In this document: positions 19,534 to 29,945 of the stretch, piece after piece
Layout of the letters: each line of letters begins with the position of its first letter
Numbering within the stretch: position 1 is the stretch's first letter
Source of the DNA: Mucilaginibacter sp.
GTDB taxonomy: Bacteria; Bacteroidota; Bacteroidia; Sphingobacteriales; Sphingobacteriaceae
Length of the DNA stretch: 64,000 bases
Reading direction: 5' to 3'
NCBI RefSeq assembly: GCF_028288205.1
Contig: NZ_JAQBOD010000055.1
Location: 36,434-100,433 of the forward strand
Position numbers and translations under genes: made by a program
The notes under the pieces: model-generated
Database searches by the model: none
What the model was told of the DNA's origin: nothing
Seen by the model: only the letters and a program-made list of their open reading frames with translations

Positions 19534-20151
19534 CTAATACATCAAGCCTTTTATAAAAATATCAAGCAATAACAAGCGTTTGGTATGTATCTCTTCCAGG
19601 TGCTCTTTTTGCGGAAACATTGCCTTTTTGTGTGATACCGCGCTTACCCTTACGCCATGCAATGCGTCTAATAACAGGTCTACTATCTCACCCGGGTTAT
19701 CAACCGGTTTAATATTGCCCTTATCGGCTTCAATTTGAATAGCGGCGCTTAAAAGCACCATTTCTGTTTGATGTATCTCGGTTATAATCTCCCAAATGGT
19801 ATCCGGCAGGTTTTGCTCGTTCACCCTGAAAAAATCAAAAAAATTGTAATTCTTTACAACAAAGTCATGTTGGGTATCTATTTGAAATATGAAAGCTTCT
19901 CTCAGGTTGTCAAACTTATTAAGTTTATTTTGCAGTTTCTGTATGTATTCGGCCGCCAGTTTACGCATTACCGCAATATACAATTGACTCTTATCCGGAA
20001 AATAATAATAAAGCAATGCTTTTGAAAGTGACAGGTCGCCGGCTATTTCATTCATAGTGGTTTTTGAATACCCATAATGCAAAAACCGTTGATAGGCTGC
20101 CTCTAAAATCTTCTCTCTTTTTATATCCTGCTGGTCGCTTCCTGAGCTCAT
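19534..20151 (-). CDS. TetR/AcrR-family regulator
   Basis: REKILEAA..F...GY.KTTMNEIA.DL.LSKALLYYYFPDK HTH. Confidence 0.95.
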   Translation of the reverse strand: MSSGSDQQDIKREKILEAAYQRFLHYGYSKTTMNEIAGDLSLSKALLYYYFPDKSQLYIAVMRKLAAEYIQKLQNKLNKFDNLREAFIFQIDTQHDFVVKNYNFFDFFRVNEQNLPDTIWEIITEIHQTEMVLLSAAIQIEADKGNIKPVDNPGEIVDLLLDALHGVRVSAVSHKKAMFPQKEHLEEIHTKRLLLLDIFIKGLMY

Positions 20152-20371
20152 TTGTAGACTTATTACTGCAAAACTGACTATTTAAACAAAATTATCAAAA
20201 ATTCTACATTATTAACTCAAATATGCATGCTATAAGTGTTTAAACTCACAAAATTGATATAGAAATTACAATCAGGTTACAGTGTCTCTATATTATATAA
20301 CAAAATATACTTCATGTCATTTCTCAATTGCTTCTCCTATAAATGACAATCATATTTGACTTTTTAGCAAA

Positions 20372-20857
20372 TTAAGCTAATCTGGCTAAGCCAACTCCTG
20401 CACCAATAACTAACGCGTCTTCTATGGCACCAATAATTGGATCTGTTATACCTGAACTTATTACCATTGCCCTGCGCAAAAAGAAGCTTCCGAATGTTGA
20501 TGCAAAAGCTGCGGTACCACCCAATATCGCTCCTACTATTGCATTACCTCCACTCGCCTTAAGTATTCCCGCCCCTGCTAATGCTCCCGACAGGCAACGT
20601 ACGGTTATAACAGCAGGCTTTATTCTGTTAGGGGTTGACGGAAGTTTATCACCAACAAACTCGGCTAATGTCATTATTTTTAAGCCATTTGCAACAGCGT
20701 TCGCCTGCATAAAACTCAATGGCGACTTTTCTAATATTTTTGAGTGATGATGGCTCAAAATATGGCTTGTAACAGCCGGAGCTGATGCAGACCGCATACC
20801 TGCCAATATGCCAATACTTAACGCTTGCCATAAAGGCTTTTCTATTTTAAATTCCAT
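20372..20857 (-). CDS. DUF4126-like membrane protein
   Basis: GILAGMRS...PA, EFVGDKLP.TPNR, GAIED. Confidence 0.75.
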   Translation of the reverse strand: MEFKIEKPLWQALSIGILAGMRSASAPAVTSHILSHHHSKILEKSPLSFMQANAVANGLKIMTLAEFVGDKLPSTPNRIKPAVITVRCLSGALAGAGILKASGGNAIVGAILGGTAAFASTFGSFFLRRAMVISSGITDPIIGAIEDALVIGAGVGLARLA

Positions 20858-20868
20858 GTTCACTTTGT

Positions 20869-21000
20869 TTAATTTCCTTTTACCAGTTTTTCTTTTTCTT
20901 TAAAGGTCATCCATAAATCGGGTATCTCTGGTTTAAGCGGAAAACCGTAGGTTGGGTTACCTTCTACTCTTATGTCGTTATTAAGTTGTAAGTTATTCAT
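20869..21000 (-). CDS. possible 43-aa small protein
   Basis: MNNLQLNNDIRVEGNPTYGFPLKPEIPDLWMTFKEKEKLVKGN*, co-oriented and ending just before DUF4126-like gene. Confidence 0.35.
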   Translation of the reverse strand: MNNLQLNNDIRVEGNPTYGFPLKPEIPDLWMTFKEKEKLVKGN

Positions 21001-21130
21001 ACAAATACTTTTAGGTAGATTAATATAATAGCCTGTTTAACATAAATACAATAATCATTCCTAAAAATGTGGCATCATTTTGAATACTAAATTTGTAATA
21101 GCAATTTAAATACATTTAATACTATCACTT

Positions 21131-21676
21131 ATGAAAATTCATCAAAATAATGCTTTAGGCGAGTTAGGTAGTGCAGTAGGCAAAGGATTACTTGCAGGCT
21201 TAGCAGCGACAGCAGCTATTACTCTATCGCAAATGATAGAAATGAAGCTCACCAAAAGAGAACCCAGTGATGCCCCTGTTAAGGTGGTGTCTGAAACCAT
21301 AGGCGCTAAACCGGTTGTAAAAGAAGACAAAGAAAAACTATCGCAAGAAATTCATTGGGCCTACGGTACAGTCTGGGGCGTATCGCGTGGCTTAATTGGC
21401 CTTACGGGTCTAAAAGGATTACCTGCCGCGCTGGTACACTTTACGGCTATTTGGGGTACTTCAATGGTTATGTTACCACAATTTAATGCTGCCAAGCCTA
21501 TAGATGAACAAGAACCTAAAGCTATAGCTATTGACGGTTTTCATCATGCAGTTTATGCTTTAACAGCTACCCTTGTTTATGACGCGCTTGATGCCGGCAG
21601 TAAAAATGAAAGACGATTAAACAAGCTTATAAAACAATTACATCTGAAAGGATTATTAAAAAAATTCAGCGCTTAA
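21131..21676 (+). CDS. hypothetical membrane protein (DUF1440-like)
   Basis: GLLAGLAATAAIT, IHWAYGTVWG, HHAVYA. Confidence 0.7.
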   Translation: MKIHQNNALGELGSAVGKGLLAGLAATAAITLSQMIEMKLTKREPSDAPVKVVSETIGAKPVVKEDKEKLSQEIHWAYGTVWGVSRGLIGLTGLKGLPAALVHFTAIWGTSMVMLPQFNAAKPIDEQEPKAIAIDGFHHAVYALTATLVYDALDAGSKNERRLNKLIKQLHLKGLLKKFSA

Positions 21677-21694
21677 TTGAATCACAAAACCCAT

Positions 21695-21799
21695 TATTTC
21701 GAACGATAATGAGAACTATCTCTTAAACGATAGCGAAAAATCTTATAACACGCTATAATCGCGCGTATAAGATTTTCCCCGTTCATCGTCAGAAATGGC
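21695..21799. repeat. degenerate REP-like palindrome related to 5138-5219
   Basis: ATTTCGA...AAAATCTTATA...TATAAGATTTT...GAAATGGC; between convergent genes. Confidence 0.55.
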
Positions 21800-21818
21800 A
21801 AAAATAGCCTGGTAAATG

Positions 21819-24800
21819 TTAATAAACTGCTTCTACCTGTCTAACTTCTGGTTTAACTTTTTTCCTGAAACGCTCTTTAAGCCTGTAACGGATCAAATAC
21901 ATACAAGGCACCAAAATTAAAGTAATGATTGTTGCAAAGCCTAAACCAAATATCATTGTCCAGGCTAATGGCCCCCAGAAAGCTACGTTATCACCGCCAA
22001 AATGTATGTGCGGCGCAAAGTGAGTGAATAATCCCACAAAGTCAATATTAAAGCCTACTGCCAATGGTATAAGCCCTAATATGGCTGATGTAGCTGTTAA
22101 TAATACCGGTGTCATACGGGTGTGACCAGCCTCAACAACTGCATCATGAACGCTGGCTCCCTGATCCATAAGCATATCTGTAAATTCAACCAGTAAGATA
22201 CCGTTACGTACCACTACACCTGCCAGGGCAATTATACCTACTCCGGTCATTACAATTGATATGGTCATTTTAAATATGCTCACACCTAAAAGCACACCTA
22301 TAATACTGAACAATATTTCACTTAATATGATAAGCGTTTTACCAGTAGAGTTAAACTGTATCATCAGAATAATCAGGATCAATCCAAATGAGGTAGCCAA
22401 CGCGCCTAACAAAAAGTTCATAGCTTCTGCCTGATCTTCTTGTCCGCCACCCATTTTTATGGAAATACTGGTCGGTTTCTTAAAGTTATTTATTGCTTTT
22501 AAAATGTTAGCGTTAACCTCATTTATATTATTCGGCTTAATAACGTTCGAACCTAATGTTAATACGCGCCTTTGTTGTTTGTGCTTAATGTTGCTATAAG
22601 TTGTGGTATATCTAACATCTGTAAATGCAGATATTGGAACCTGACGTATAGCGCCGCCTGTAGCAAGATCGCGGTAAGTAATCTTTAAGTTCTTTAAAGC
22701 GTCCAGATTGCTGCGCTGGCTCTCCAGTGCGCGTACTTTTATCTGGTAGTCGTCCTCGCGTGTATTCCTGAAATCGCCTGCTTTAGCTCCGAATACCGCG
22801 GTACCCAATGCCTGTGTTATCTGACCGGTACTTATACCTTCACGGTTGGCACGTTCGCGGTCAACGTCAAATACAATTTCAGGTTTATCGGTCTGCACAT
22901 CAGCTATTAAACCTTCAATACCGGCAATGTTTTGTTTAGCCAGGTAACTTTTCAAATTATTGGCTGTCTTTACCAATGTATCTATGTTGTCCCCGGCAAT
23001 TTCAATACTGATGTCTTTTTGTACCGGTGGACCGCCGTTTTCCTGGGCCACGGCTATTTTTGCACCCGGTATTATTCCCTCAACAGCTTTACGCACATTT
23101 GCCAATACTGTCTTGGTATCTTTGCCATTACGTTTGCCAAATTCTACAAATGCAACCGTTATCTTACTCTTGTTTTCGTAATCGCCCTGGTCTTCATCAC
23201 TTGGGTCGGCCACGCTGGCTGTAACGTTTGATATGATAGACGAAACAATATCCTTATCGGGCTCAACCACTTCTGCAACTCGTTTCTCTAACTTTTTGGT
23301 AACTTCATTAGTATAAGCCTGATCTGTACCAATAGGCATAGTTATATAAACGAATGCAAAGTTAGGATCGCCTGCCGGAAAAAACTCAACCTTTGGTGAC
23401 CGGGCTACAAGGAAAAATATAGTGAATATAAACAGCATAACGGTGCCGCCTAATACCCATACCGGCCTTTTAACAGCACGTTCAAGCCATCTGGCATACC
23501 AATCCTTAAATCGTGGCCATAAATTGTTTTGAAAGCTGTCTATTGCCCGTAATAAAACAAAATGGTTTAATAGATACAGCGCTATAACCAGCACCATAAA
23601 GTTACCAAAGCCAAAGTTTATTAAATATCCAACTACAGTAGCTATAACCAGGTACAACAGTGAACGCTGTACTTTTTTGTCAAATTTTGGATTGTCGTGT
23701 TCGCCCTCAACATGCGGTTTCATAAAATCAACAGCAAATACCGGGTTAAACAAGTATGCTACAACCAATGACGCTAATAGTGTTATAATAAGCGTAATAG
23801 GTAAGAAAAACATAAAGTGCCCTATCAGGCTGTTCCAGAAAGCCAACGGAATAAATGGTGCAAGCGTGGTCATGGTACCTGAAAATACAGGTAAAAATAC
23901 CTCGCCGGCAGCTATCTTAGCTGCTTGTTTTATAGGTATGGCTCCGTTATTGAATATCCGGTGCGTGTTTTCTATTACCACAATCGCGTCATCAACCACA
24001 ATACCCAAAGCGAGCAGGAATGAGAACAACACAATCATATTTAATGTAAAGCCAATGGCCGGCATTACTAAAAATGCAATAAAACATGACAGCGGTACAG
24101 ATAGCGCCACAAATATGGCGTTGGTGCTGCCCATAAAAAACATCAGGATGATGGTAACCAATATAAAACCAATAATAATGGTATTGATAAGATCATTTAA
24201 CGTTGTACGTGTTTTGTCTGACTGGTCACCGGTCACGGTTATCTTTAGGCCCTTAGGGAAAACTGTTTTTAGTTTCTGCGAAATAAGACTATTTATTTTA
24301 TCAGAAGCCTCAATAAGATTTTCGCCGGTACGCTTACTCACGTTAAGCGTAATTACATTTTTAAAATCTTTGCTATCATTTGCTTTTAAACGCGCATAGC
24401 TTTCCTGCTCTAAAAATGAATCTTTTATATCGGCAATATCACGCAGGTATATGGGTTGCCCTTTAGGGTTCCTAACTACCATTTCGGCTACTTCGGCAGC
24501 GCTCTTATAATCTTTTTTAATATCGATACTACGACGTATACCATCAGTAGTTACGTTACCGGCAGATGCTATAATGTTTTCATTGCCAATCGCTTGTGTA
24601 ATATCACTAAAACTTAACTGTACTGCCGCCATTTTATTCATGTCGACATTTATTTGAATCTCAGGCGTTAATGCTCCAACCTCTTCAACCCGCGATATTT
24701 CTTTATAACTTTCAATATCATCTTTTAAGTTATCGGCATATTCTTTTAACTTTTTCAAGTCGTAATCGCCAGAAATATTTACATATAGAATAGGAATATC

Positions 24801-25232
24801 AGCTACGTTAATATCAGATATAATAGATTCTTTTAAGTTAGCATCATTTTGCGGAAGGTCCTGCTTGGCTTTATCAACGGCTTCCTTTACATCGATCTTA
24901 GCATCTCTAATTTTAACATCGGCATTAAACTCGGCCGTTATTACAGAGATATTTTGTTTTGAGTTTGAGGTTACCTTTTTTAAACCTTTAAGTGATTTTA
25001 ATTGCTTTTCTAATTGCCTGGTCACTAACAACTCAATATTTTGTGGCGATTGGCCAATATATGGCGTACTCACAAAAACTTTTGATTGTGCTATATCGGG
25101 GAAGTTTTCCTTAGGCAAATTATTGTAGCTGATAAGACCCAGTACTGTAATTAAAAATATAAGTACGTATATGGCAGTCTTATTATCAATGGCCCAGCTT
25201 GATGGCCCAAATTCTTTGTTAAGATCTTTCAT
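21819..25232 (-). CDS. RND efflux permease (AcrB/D/F family)
   Basis: 1137 aa; LPKENFP, ALGIVVDDAIVVIEN, GVVVRNGILLV, RMTPVLLTA. Confidence 0.96.
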   Translation of the reverse strand: MKDLNKEFGPSSWAIDNKTAIYVLIFLITVLGLISYNNLPKENFPDIAQSKVFVSTPYIGQSPQNIELLVTRQLEKQLKSLKGLKKVTSNSKQNISVITAEFNADVKIRDAKIDVKEAVDKAKQDLPQNDANLKESIISDINVADIPILYVNISGDYDLKKLKEYADNLKDDIESYKEISRVEEVGALTPEIQINVDMNKMAAVQLSFSDITQAIGNENIIASAGNVTTDGIRRSIDIKKDYKSAAEVAEMVVRNPKGQPIYLRDIADIKDSFLEQESYARLKANDSKDFKNVITLNVSKRTGENLIEASDKINSLISQKLKTVFPKGLKITVTGDQSDKTRTTLNDLINTIIIGFILVTIILMFFMGSTNAIFVALSVPLSCFIAFLVMPAIGFTLNMIVLFSFLLALGIVVDDAIVVIENTHRIFNNGAIPIKQAAKIAAGEVFLPVFSGTMTTLAPFIPLAFWNSLIGHFMFFLPITLIITLLASLVVAYLFNPVFAVDFMKPHVEGEHDNPKFDKKVQRSLLYLVIATVVGYLINFGFGNFMVLVIALYLLNHFVLLRAIDSFQNNLWPRFKDWYARWLERAVKRPVWVLGGTVMLFIFTIFFLVARSPKVEFFPAGDPNFAFVYITMPIGTDQAYTNEVTKKLEKRVAEVVEPDKDIVSSIISNVTASVADPSDEDQGDYENKSKITVAFVEFGKRNGKDTKTVLANVRKAVEGIIPGAKIAVAQENGGPPVQKDISIEIAGDNIDTLVKTANNLKSYLAKQNIAGIEGLIADVQTDKPEIVFDVDRERANREGISTGQITQALGTAVFGAKAGDFRNTREDDYQIKVRALESQRSNLDALKNLKITYRDLATGGAIRQVPISAFTDVRYTTTYSNIKHKQQRRVLTLGSNVIKPNNINEVNANILKAINNFKKPTSISIKMGGGQEDQAEAMNFLLGALATSFGLILIILMIQFNSTGKTLIILSEILFSIIGVLLGVSIFKMTISIVMTGVGIIALAGVVVRNGILLVEFTDMLMDQGASVHDAVVEAGHTRMTPVLLTATSAILGLIPLAVGFNIDFVGLFTHFAPHIHFGGDNVAFWGPLAWTMIFGLGFATIITLILVPCMYLIRYRLKERFRKKVKPEVRQVEAVY

Positions 25233-25257
25233 TATAGATCAAATTATTTATGTGTGA

Positions 25258-26361
25258 TTAATTACCAGACTGTAATACTGTTACTTTGTCGCCGTCATTC
25301 AAATCGCTGGCGCCGGCAGTTATTAATTGGTCTCCATTAGCTAAGCCGGATATTATTTCGGCCTGGCTTCCATAACTTGCGCCAACTTTAACATTTTTGC
25401 GCTTAGCTATACCGTTATCGTTAATATAAACGTAATCGCCTTGCTCTGATTTTTGAACCGAGTTTAGCGGAATAACAATAGCTTTACTGTTATTATAATC
25501 AGCAATTTTAATAATCGCTGTCATGTTAGGGCGCAGGGTTTTGCGGGCAGGTAAAGCTATTTCTATAGCAAAACTACGTGATGTTGGGTCGATAGCTTTA
25601 GCAGCAAAAGTTAACTTAGCTGTTAATGAATCATTACCATCAGGCACAACAATTTTTACATTATCGCCCTGGTTTACACGGCTTGCGTATGATTCAGGAA
25701 CATCAGCTTTAACTTTCAAATTATCAGCATTAACAATACGAATGCCTGTAACACCCGGCTGCGCAACCTGGCCAAGTTTAAGGTCCATTTGGTCAATAGT
25801 GCCACTTATTGGTGAAGTGATGCGATAAAGATCTGCCTGTTGACGTAAAGCATCAACTTGCTTTTGGGCGCTTTGCATTTGTGTTTGTGCCTGTAAAAAC
25901 TGTACTTCGGTACCAATTTTTTGATCCCAAAGATTTTTCTGGCGCTGAAATAATGTCTTAGTTAAAGTTGCCTGTGTTTCTGCCTGTATAATATTTTCTT
26001 TAAGCACACTATTATCCAATTGCACTAAAACTTGCCCGCGACCTACATGCTGGCCGGGTGCTACAAAAATATTGGTAATAACACCCGGCGATTGCGGGTA
26101 TGCCATTACGTTGTCTTTAGCATCAATTTTACCCTGTATATCAACATAGTGGGTAAATTTGGTTTCTACAATTTTTAATATGCCTATATCAGCACTTTTT
26201 GATGAATCCTGAGGAGAATTACCAACTTGTAATGCAGCTATTTTTGAATTGATCTCTGCCTGTTGCTTTTTAAGATCAGCTAATTGTGTTGCTTTATCTA
26301 CTGGCTTTTGCGAACATGCTGCCAATAAAAGCAAGGCTGGTATGTATATTAATTTTTTCAT
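25258..26361 (-). CDS. RND periplasmic adaptor (membrane fusion lipoprotein)
   Basis: lipobox LAAC, G..V.RGQ.LV.LD, ITSPISG, LRPNM. Confidence 0.95.
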   Translation of the reverse strand: MKKLIYIPALLLLAACSQKPVDKATQLADLKKQQAEINSKIAALQVGNSPQDSSKSADIGILKIVETKFTHYVDIQGKIDAKDNVMAYPQSPGVITNIFVAPGQHVGRGQVLVQLDNSVLKENIIQAETQATLTKTLFQRQKNLWDQKIGTEVQFLQAQTQMQSAQKQVDALRQQADLYRITSPISGTIDQMDLKLGQVAQPGVTGIRIVNADNLKVKADVPESYASRVNQGDNVKIVVPDGNDSLTAKLTFAAKAIDPTSRSFAIEIALPARKTLRPNMTAIIKIADYNNSKAIVIPLNSVQKSEQGDYVYINDNGIAKRKNVKVGASYGSQAEIISGLANGDQLITAGASDLNDGDKVTVLQSGN

Positions 26362-26388
26362 TTTTATAGAGTAATAAGTGATTTAGTT

Positions 26389-27747
26389 TTAGTTGATGCG
26401 TGCATATGCTTTGTCCAGGTCCACTTTGCTTATTAAAGCATTGTATAGTGCCTGTATGTATTGATTATCTGAATTTTCTAATTCGGTTTGTGCCTGTGTA
26501 ACTTCAATGCTTGAGCCTACCCCTTGCGCGTATTTAATTTTTGATACCCGCAATACTTCCTGCGCCAACTCACGGCTGCGTTTTTGGTTATTTAGCGATT
26601 GCAGACTGTTAAAGAAAGTAATCCGCGCAGCACTGGCTTGTAATTTAAAGCCATTACTTGCATTGTACAAATCATTCTGGGCTTTTTGTACATTTATTTG
26701 CGATTGTTTTAATTGATTACTGCGCTGCCACCCGCTAAATATTGGAATATTTATATCTAAACCTATAAAGCTGTTAGGATACATATTGTTATATAAATAC
26801 CTGAATTGGTTTTCCTGGAAAACTTCGCCAAAGCCGGCATTTAAACTTACAGTAGGTAAAAATGTAGCCTTTTTACTTTTAACATCTAATTGATTTAATG
26901 TAACGTTAGTTTCCAACAATTTGTATTCGATACGGTTATGATAAAAAGTAGTATCAAGCGTAGTTGAAACTACCTGGTCAAATTTAATATCTGCCAGCTT
27001 ATCGGTTAATGTTATCTCCTCTTCTATCTGCATACCCATCTGGAATTTTAACATCTGGTAGTTTAATATTAAAGCGCGTGCCACATTTTCTCTGTTAGTA
27101 ACAAGGTTATTGTATTGAACAGATAAACGGTCAACATCTATCTTCTCAACAAAGCCCTGTTTGTTTTGTTGGGTAGTTTGATCCAATTGCTGTTTTAACT
27201 GTGCTATATTCGCATCCAGCAATTTTATTTGCTCATCGCTAACCAATACCTGGTAGTAGGCTTTCGTTACATTAACATTTGTTTCAATTTTTGACCGTAC
27301 CAGGCTGCGTTGAGAAAGCTCCCTGAATGTTTTTACTGCCTGTAAACCAACTATAAAGGTACCGCTAAATAACAACTGGCTGGCTTGTAAAGAATAGGTG
27401 TTATTATACTTTACTGCACCAAATGGGAATTTTATCAAGGGTGCATTCAAATCAATTGGCGTAGCAAAAATGTTAGGCCCTACTGTTGCCGGTGGTTTCA
27501 AAAAATCCTGAAAAGAAATACTTCCGCTTATCTGTGGTAAACCAGAGCCTATAGTTTCCTTAACCTTATATTCTGCGCTCTTTACATCAAGATTGGCGTT
27601 TTTTACCGAATCCTGGTGCTCATAAGCATATTTTATACAATCGGCCAGGCTAAAATTACGCGGCGTGTTTGGTAGCGGTACCTGTTGTGCATAGCTGCTT
27701 AACGCTATGGTACAAATTAAGGTCGCTGTTAAAAAAATACATTTCAT
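26389..27747 (-). CDS. TolC-family outer membrane channel
   Basis: SLADCI.YA, LPQI, KAYYQVL, IPIFSG, Y.QG; start moved to ATG 27747. Confidence 0.93.
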   Translation of the reverse strand: MKCIFLTATLICTIALSSYAQQVPLPNTPRNFSLADCIKYAYEHQDSVKNANLDVKSAEYKVKETIGSGLPQISGSISFQDFLKPPATVGPNIFATPIDLNAPLIKFPFGAVKYNNTYSLQASQLLFSGTFIVGLQAVKTFRELSQRSLVRSKIETNVNVTKAYYQVLVSDEQIKLLDANIAQLKQQLDQTTQQNKQGFVEKIDVDRLSVQYNNLVTNRENVARALILNYQMLKFQMGMQIEEEITLTDKLADIKFDQVVSTTLDTTFYHNRIEYKLLETNVTLNQLDVKSKKATFLPTVSLNAGFGEVFQENQFRYLYNNMYPNSFIGLDINIPIFSGWQRSNQLKQSQINVQKAQNDLYNASNGFKLQASAARITFFNSLQSLNNQKRSRELAQEVLRVSKIKYAQGVGSSIEVTQAQTELENSDNQYIQALYNALISKVDLDKAYARIN

Positions 27748-27840
27748 TGGTAAATTATTATTGTGTGTTTGGTTGTTCATTAATTTATTTTCATTTCAAA
27801 ATAACAAGTCAGGTATGACAGCCCTATGTCAACAGAAAAA

Positions 27841-28452
27841 CTATTCATCATTAATATTTTTAAATTGATTTAATAGTTTATATCCTTTTAGTGTGCAAAT
27901 ACCAAAATTAAAATGCTCTAATAACTGATACTGCACTTTCCATATACTAAACTCGTTATGTGGAAATACAGATGTATTAAAGCCCATTTCTACCTGGCTT
28001 ACACGCATACGCGCAATAATTTTAACATCAATGTCGGGCCTTATGTATCCCTGTTTAATACCTTTTGTTAAAAGTTCTTCTAAAGTGCGTACCAAAACAT
28101 CAGCCTTAAAATGCTGGAACTGTTTCCAGGCATCAGGGTGATATTTTTGCAGATCATGTATAACAATGGGGTTGATCCTTGAAAATATTTCTTCGGAGCA
28201 CTTCATCATATTGATCATTTCCTCAATCACATTGCTTGATTTGCCAATGATATCGCACATCTGGTCTTCATCGTCCCGCAGCTTTTTCTTTACTAAAGCT
28301 ATCACTAACTCATTCTTATCCTTAAAGAAATGGTAGATGGTTTTTTTTGACATGCCTAAGTGCCTGGCTATATCATCCATTGTAACGCTTTTAATCCCTG
28401 CTGTTAAAAACAGTTCTTCGCCGCCTTGTATTATTCTATCTGTTTGAATCAT
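27841..28452 (-). CDS. TetR/AcrR-family regulator of efflux operon
   Basis: GIKSVTMDDIARHLGMSKKTIYHFFKDK. Confidence 0.95.
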   Translation of the reverse strand: MIQTDRIIQGGEELFLTAGIKSVTMDDIARHLGMSKKTIYHFFKDKNELVIALVKKKLRDDEDQMCDIIGKSSNVIEEMINMMKCSEEIFSRINPIVIHDLQKYHPDAWKQFQHFKADVLVRTLEELLTKGIKQGYIRPDIDVKIIARMRVSQVEMGFNTSVFPHNEFSIWKVQYQLLEHFNFGICTLKGYKLLNQFKNINDE

Positions 28453-28472
28453 TGACTTAATTAGTCAAAACT

Positions 28473-28504
28473 ATGGAAACATTTTTAGATTTCAAAGTTT
28501 CCAT
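28473..28504. promoter_or_regulatory. probable TetR operator adjoining TAGTTTTG -7 box
   Basis: ATGGAAAC-N16-GTTTCCAT; minus-strand TAGTTTTG at 28466-28473. Confidence 0.6.
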
Positions 28505-28601
28505 TTAAAAAATGTTTTCCACATCTGTTAACCACAGATCAATGGGTATTTGCACATTTAAATAATGTTGAATTTATTACCTTTGCACAAAATCACCAAC
28601 C

Positions 28602-29945
28602 ATGACACTTACACCACTTTCTGCAATATCACCTATTGATGGCCGCTACCGAAAAACCACTGCCGAACTGGGCGAATATTTTTCTGAGTATGCATTGATA
28701 AAATACCGGGTGTTTGTAGAAATTGAATATTTCATCGCCTTGTACCAGCACCCGTTACCGCAACTACAAGGTTTTGATAAAAATTTGTTAGAAAAGTTAC
28801 GGGACATTTACAGAAATTTTACCGAAGCTGATGCGCAAAGCATAAAAGACATAGAGAAAATAACCAATCATGATGTTAAAGCAGTTGAATATTTTATCAA
28901 ACAAAAGTTTGATTTGCTTAACCTCCAAGCCTATAAAGAGTTTATACACTTTGGGTTAACATCTCAGGATATAAACAATACAGCAGTGCCTTATACCTTT
29001 AAACTGGCATTGAACGAGGTTTACTATCCGGCAATTGATGAGTTGGTTAACTTATTAAAAAAATACGCTGCCGATTGGGACAAAATACCCATGCTTGCTC
29101 ATACACACGGCCAGGCGGCATCTCCTACCCGCTTAGGGAAAGAGATACAGGTATTTATTGAACGGTTAGAAAATCAGCTGAATTTATTAAAACAGATACC
29201 ATCGTCGGCCAAATTTGGTGGGGCTACGGGCAATTTTAACGCGCATAATATAGCTTATCCGCAAATAGACTGGAAAGTGTTTGGTAATAGCTTTGTGAAT
29301 GATACACTTGGGCTTAACCGCTCGCAGTTTACAACACAAATTGAGCATTACGATAATTTTGCCGCACAATGCGATGCTTTGAAAAGAATAAACAATATCC
29401 TGATAGATCTTGACCGCGATATGTGGGCCTATATATCTATGAACTACTTTAAGCAGCAAATTAAAGCAGGCGAAGTAGGTTCATCAGCCATGCCGCATAA
29501 GGTTAACCCGATAGATTTTGAAAACTCTGAAGGTAATTTAGGTATAGCTAACGCTTTATTTGAGCATTTGGCGGCTAAGCTACCGATTTCAAGATTGCAG
29601 CGTGATTTAACAGACTCGACCGTATTACGCAACATCGGGGTACCTGTGGCACATACATTGATCGCCATAAAATCAACAGTAAAAGGCTTAGGAAAATTAT
29701 TGCTGAATGAAGCTGTGATCAGTTCGCACTTAGAAGCTAACTGGGCGGTGGTTGCCGAAGCCATACAAACCATTTTAAGGCGCGAGGGTTATTCTAACCC
29801 ATACGAGGCTTTAAAAGAACTTACGCGTACCAATACACAGGTTAACGCGCAAACTATTGCCGAGTTTGTAGATACTTTACAGGTTGATGATAGCGTTAAA
29901 GAAGAAATTAAGAAGATAACGCCGAGTAATTATACGGGGATATAA
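28602..29945 (+). CDS. purB: adenylosuccinate lyase
   Basis: SPIDGRY, TNHDVKAVEY, GSSAMPHKVNPIDFENSEG. Confidence 0.98.
   Translation: MTLTPLSAISPIDGRYRKTTAELGEYFSEYALIKYRVFVEIEYFIALYQHPLPQLQGFDKNLLEKLRDIYRNFTEADAQSIKDIEKITNHDVKAVEYFIKQKFDLLNLQAYKEFIHFGLTSQDINNTAVPYTFKLALNEVYYPAIDELVNLLKKYAADWDKIPMLAHTHGQAASPTRLGKEIQVFIERLENQLNLLKQIPSSAKFGGATGNFNAHNIAYPQIDWKVFGNSFVNDTLGLNRSQFTTQIEHYDNFAAQCDALKRINNILIDLDRDMWAYISMNYFKQQIKAGEVGSSAMPHKVNPIDFENSEGNLGIANALFEHLAAKLPISRLQRDLTDSTVLRNIGVPVAHTLIAIKSTVKGLGKLLLNEAVISSHLEANWAVVAEAIQTILRREGYSNPYEALKELTRTNTQVNAQTIAEFVDTLQVDDSVKEEIKKITPSNYTGI

Noticed and set aside
21070..21084. TGGCATCATTTTGAA as a sigma54 promoter
   Set aside because: Spacing is one base short of GG-N10-GC and the -12 element is imperfect.
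23677..24399. Long antisense ORFs (this one, 61929-62576, 52856-53383 and many shorter ones in the track)
   Set aside because: They lie wholly opposite well-supported genes and show no family motifs; shadow ORFs.
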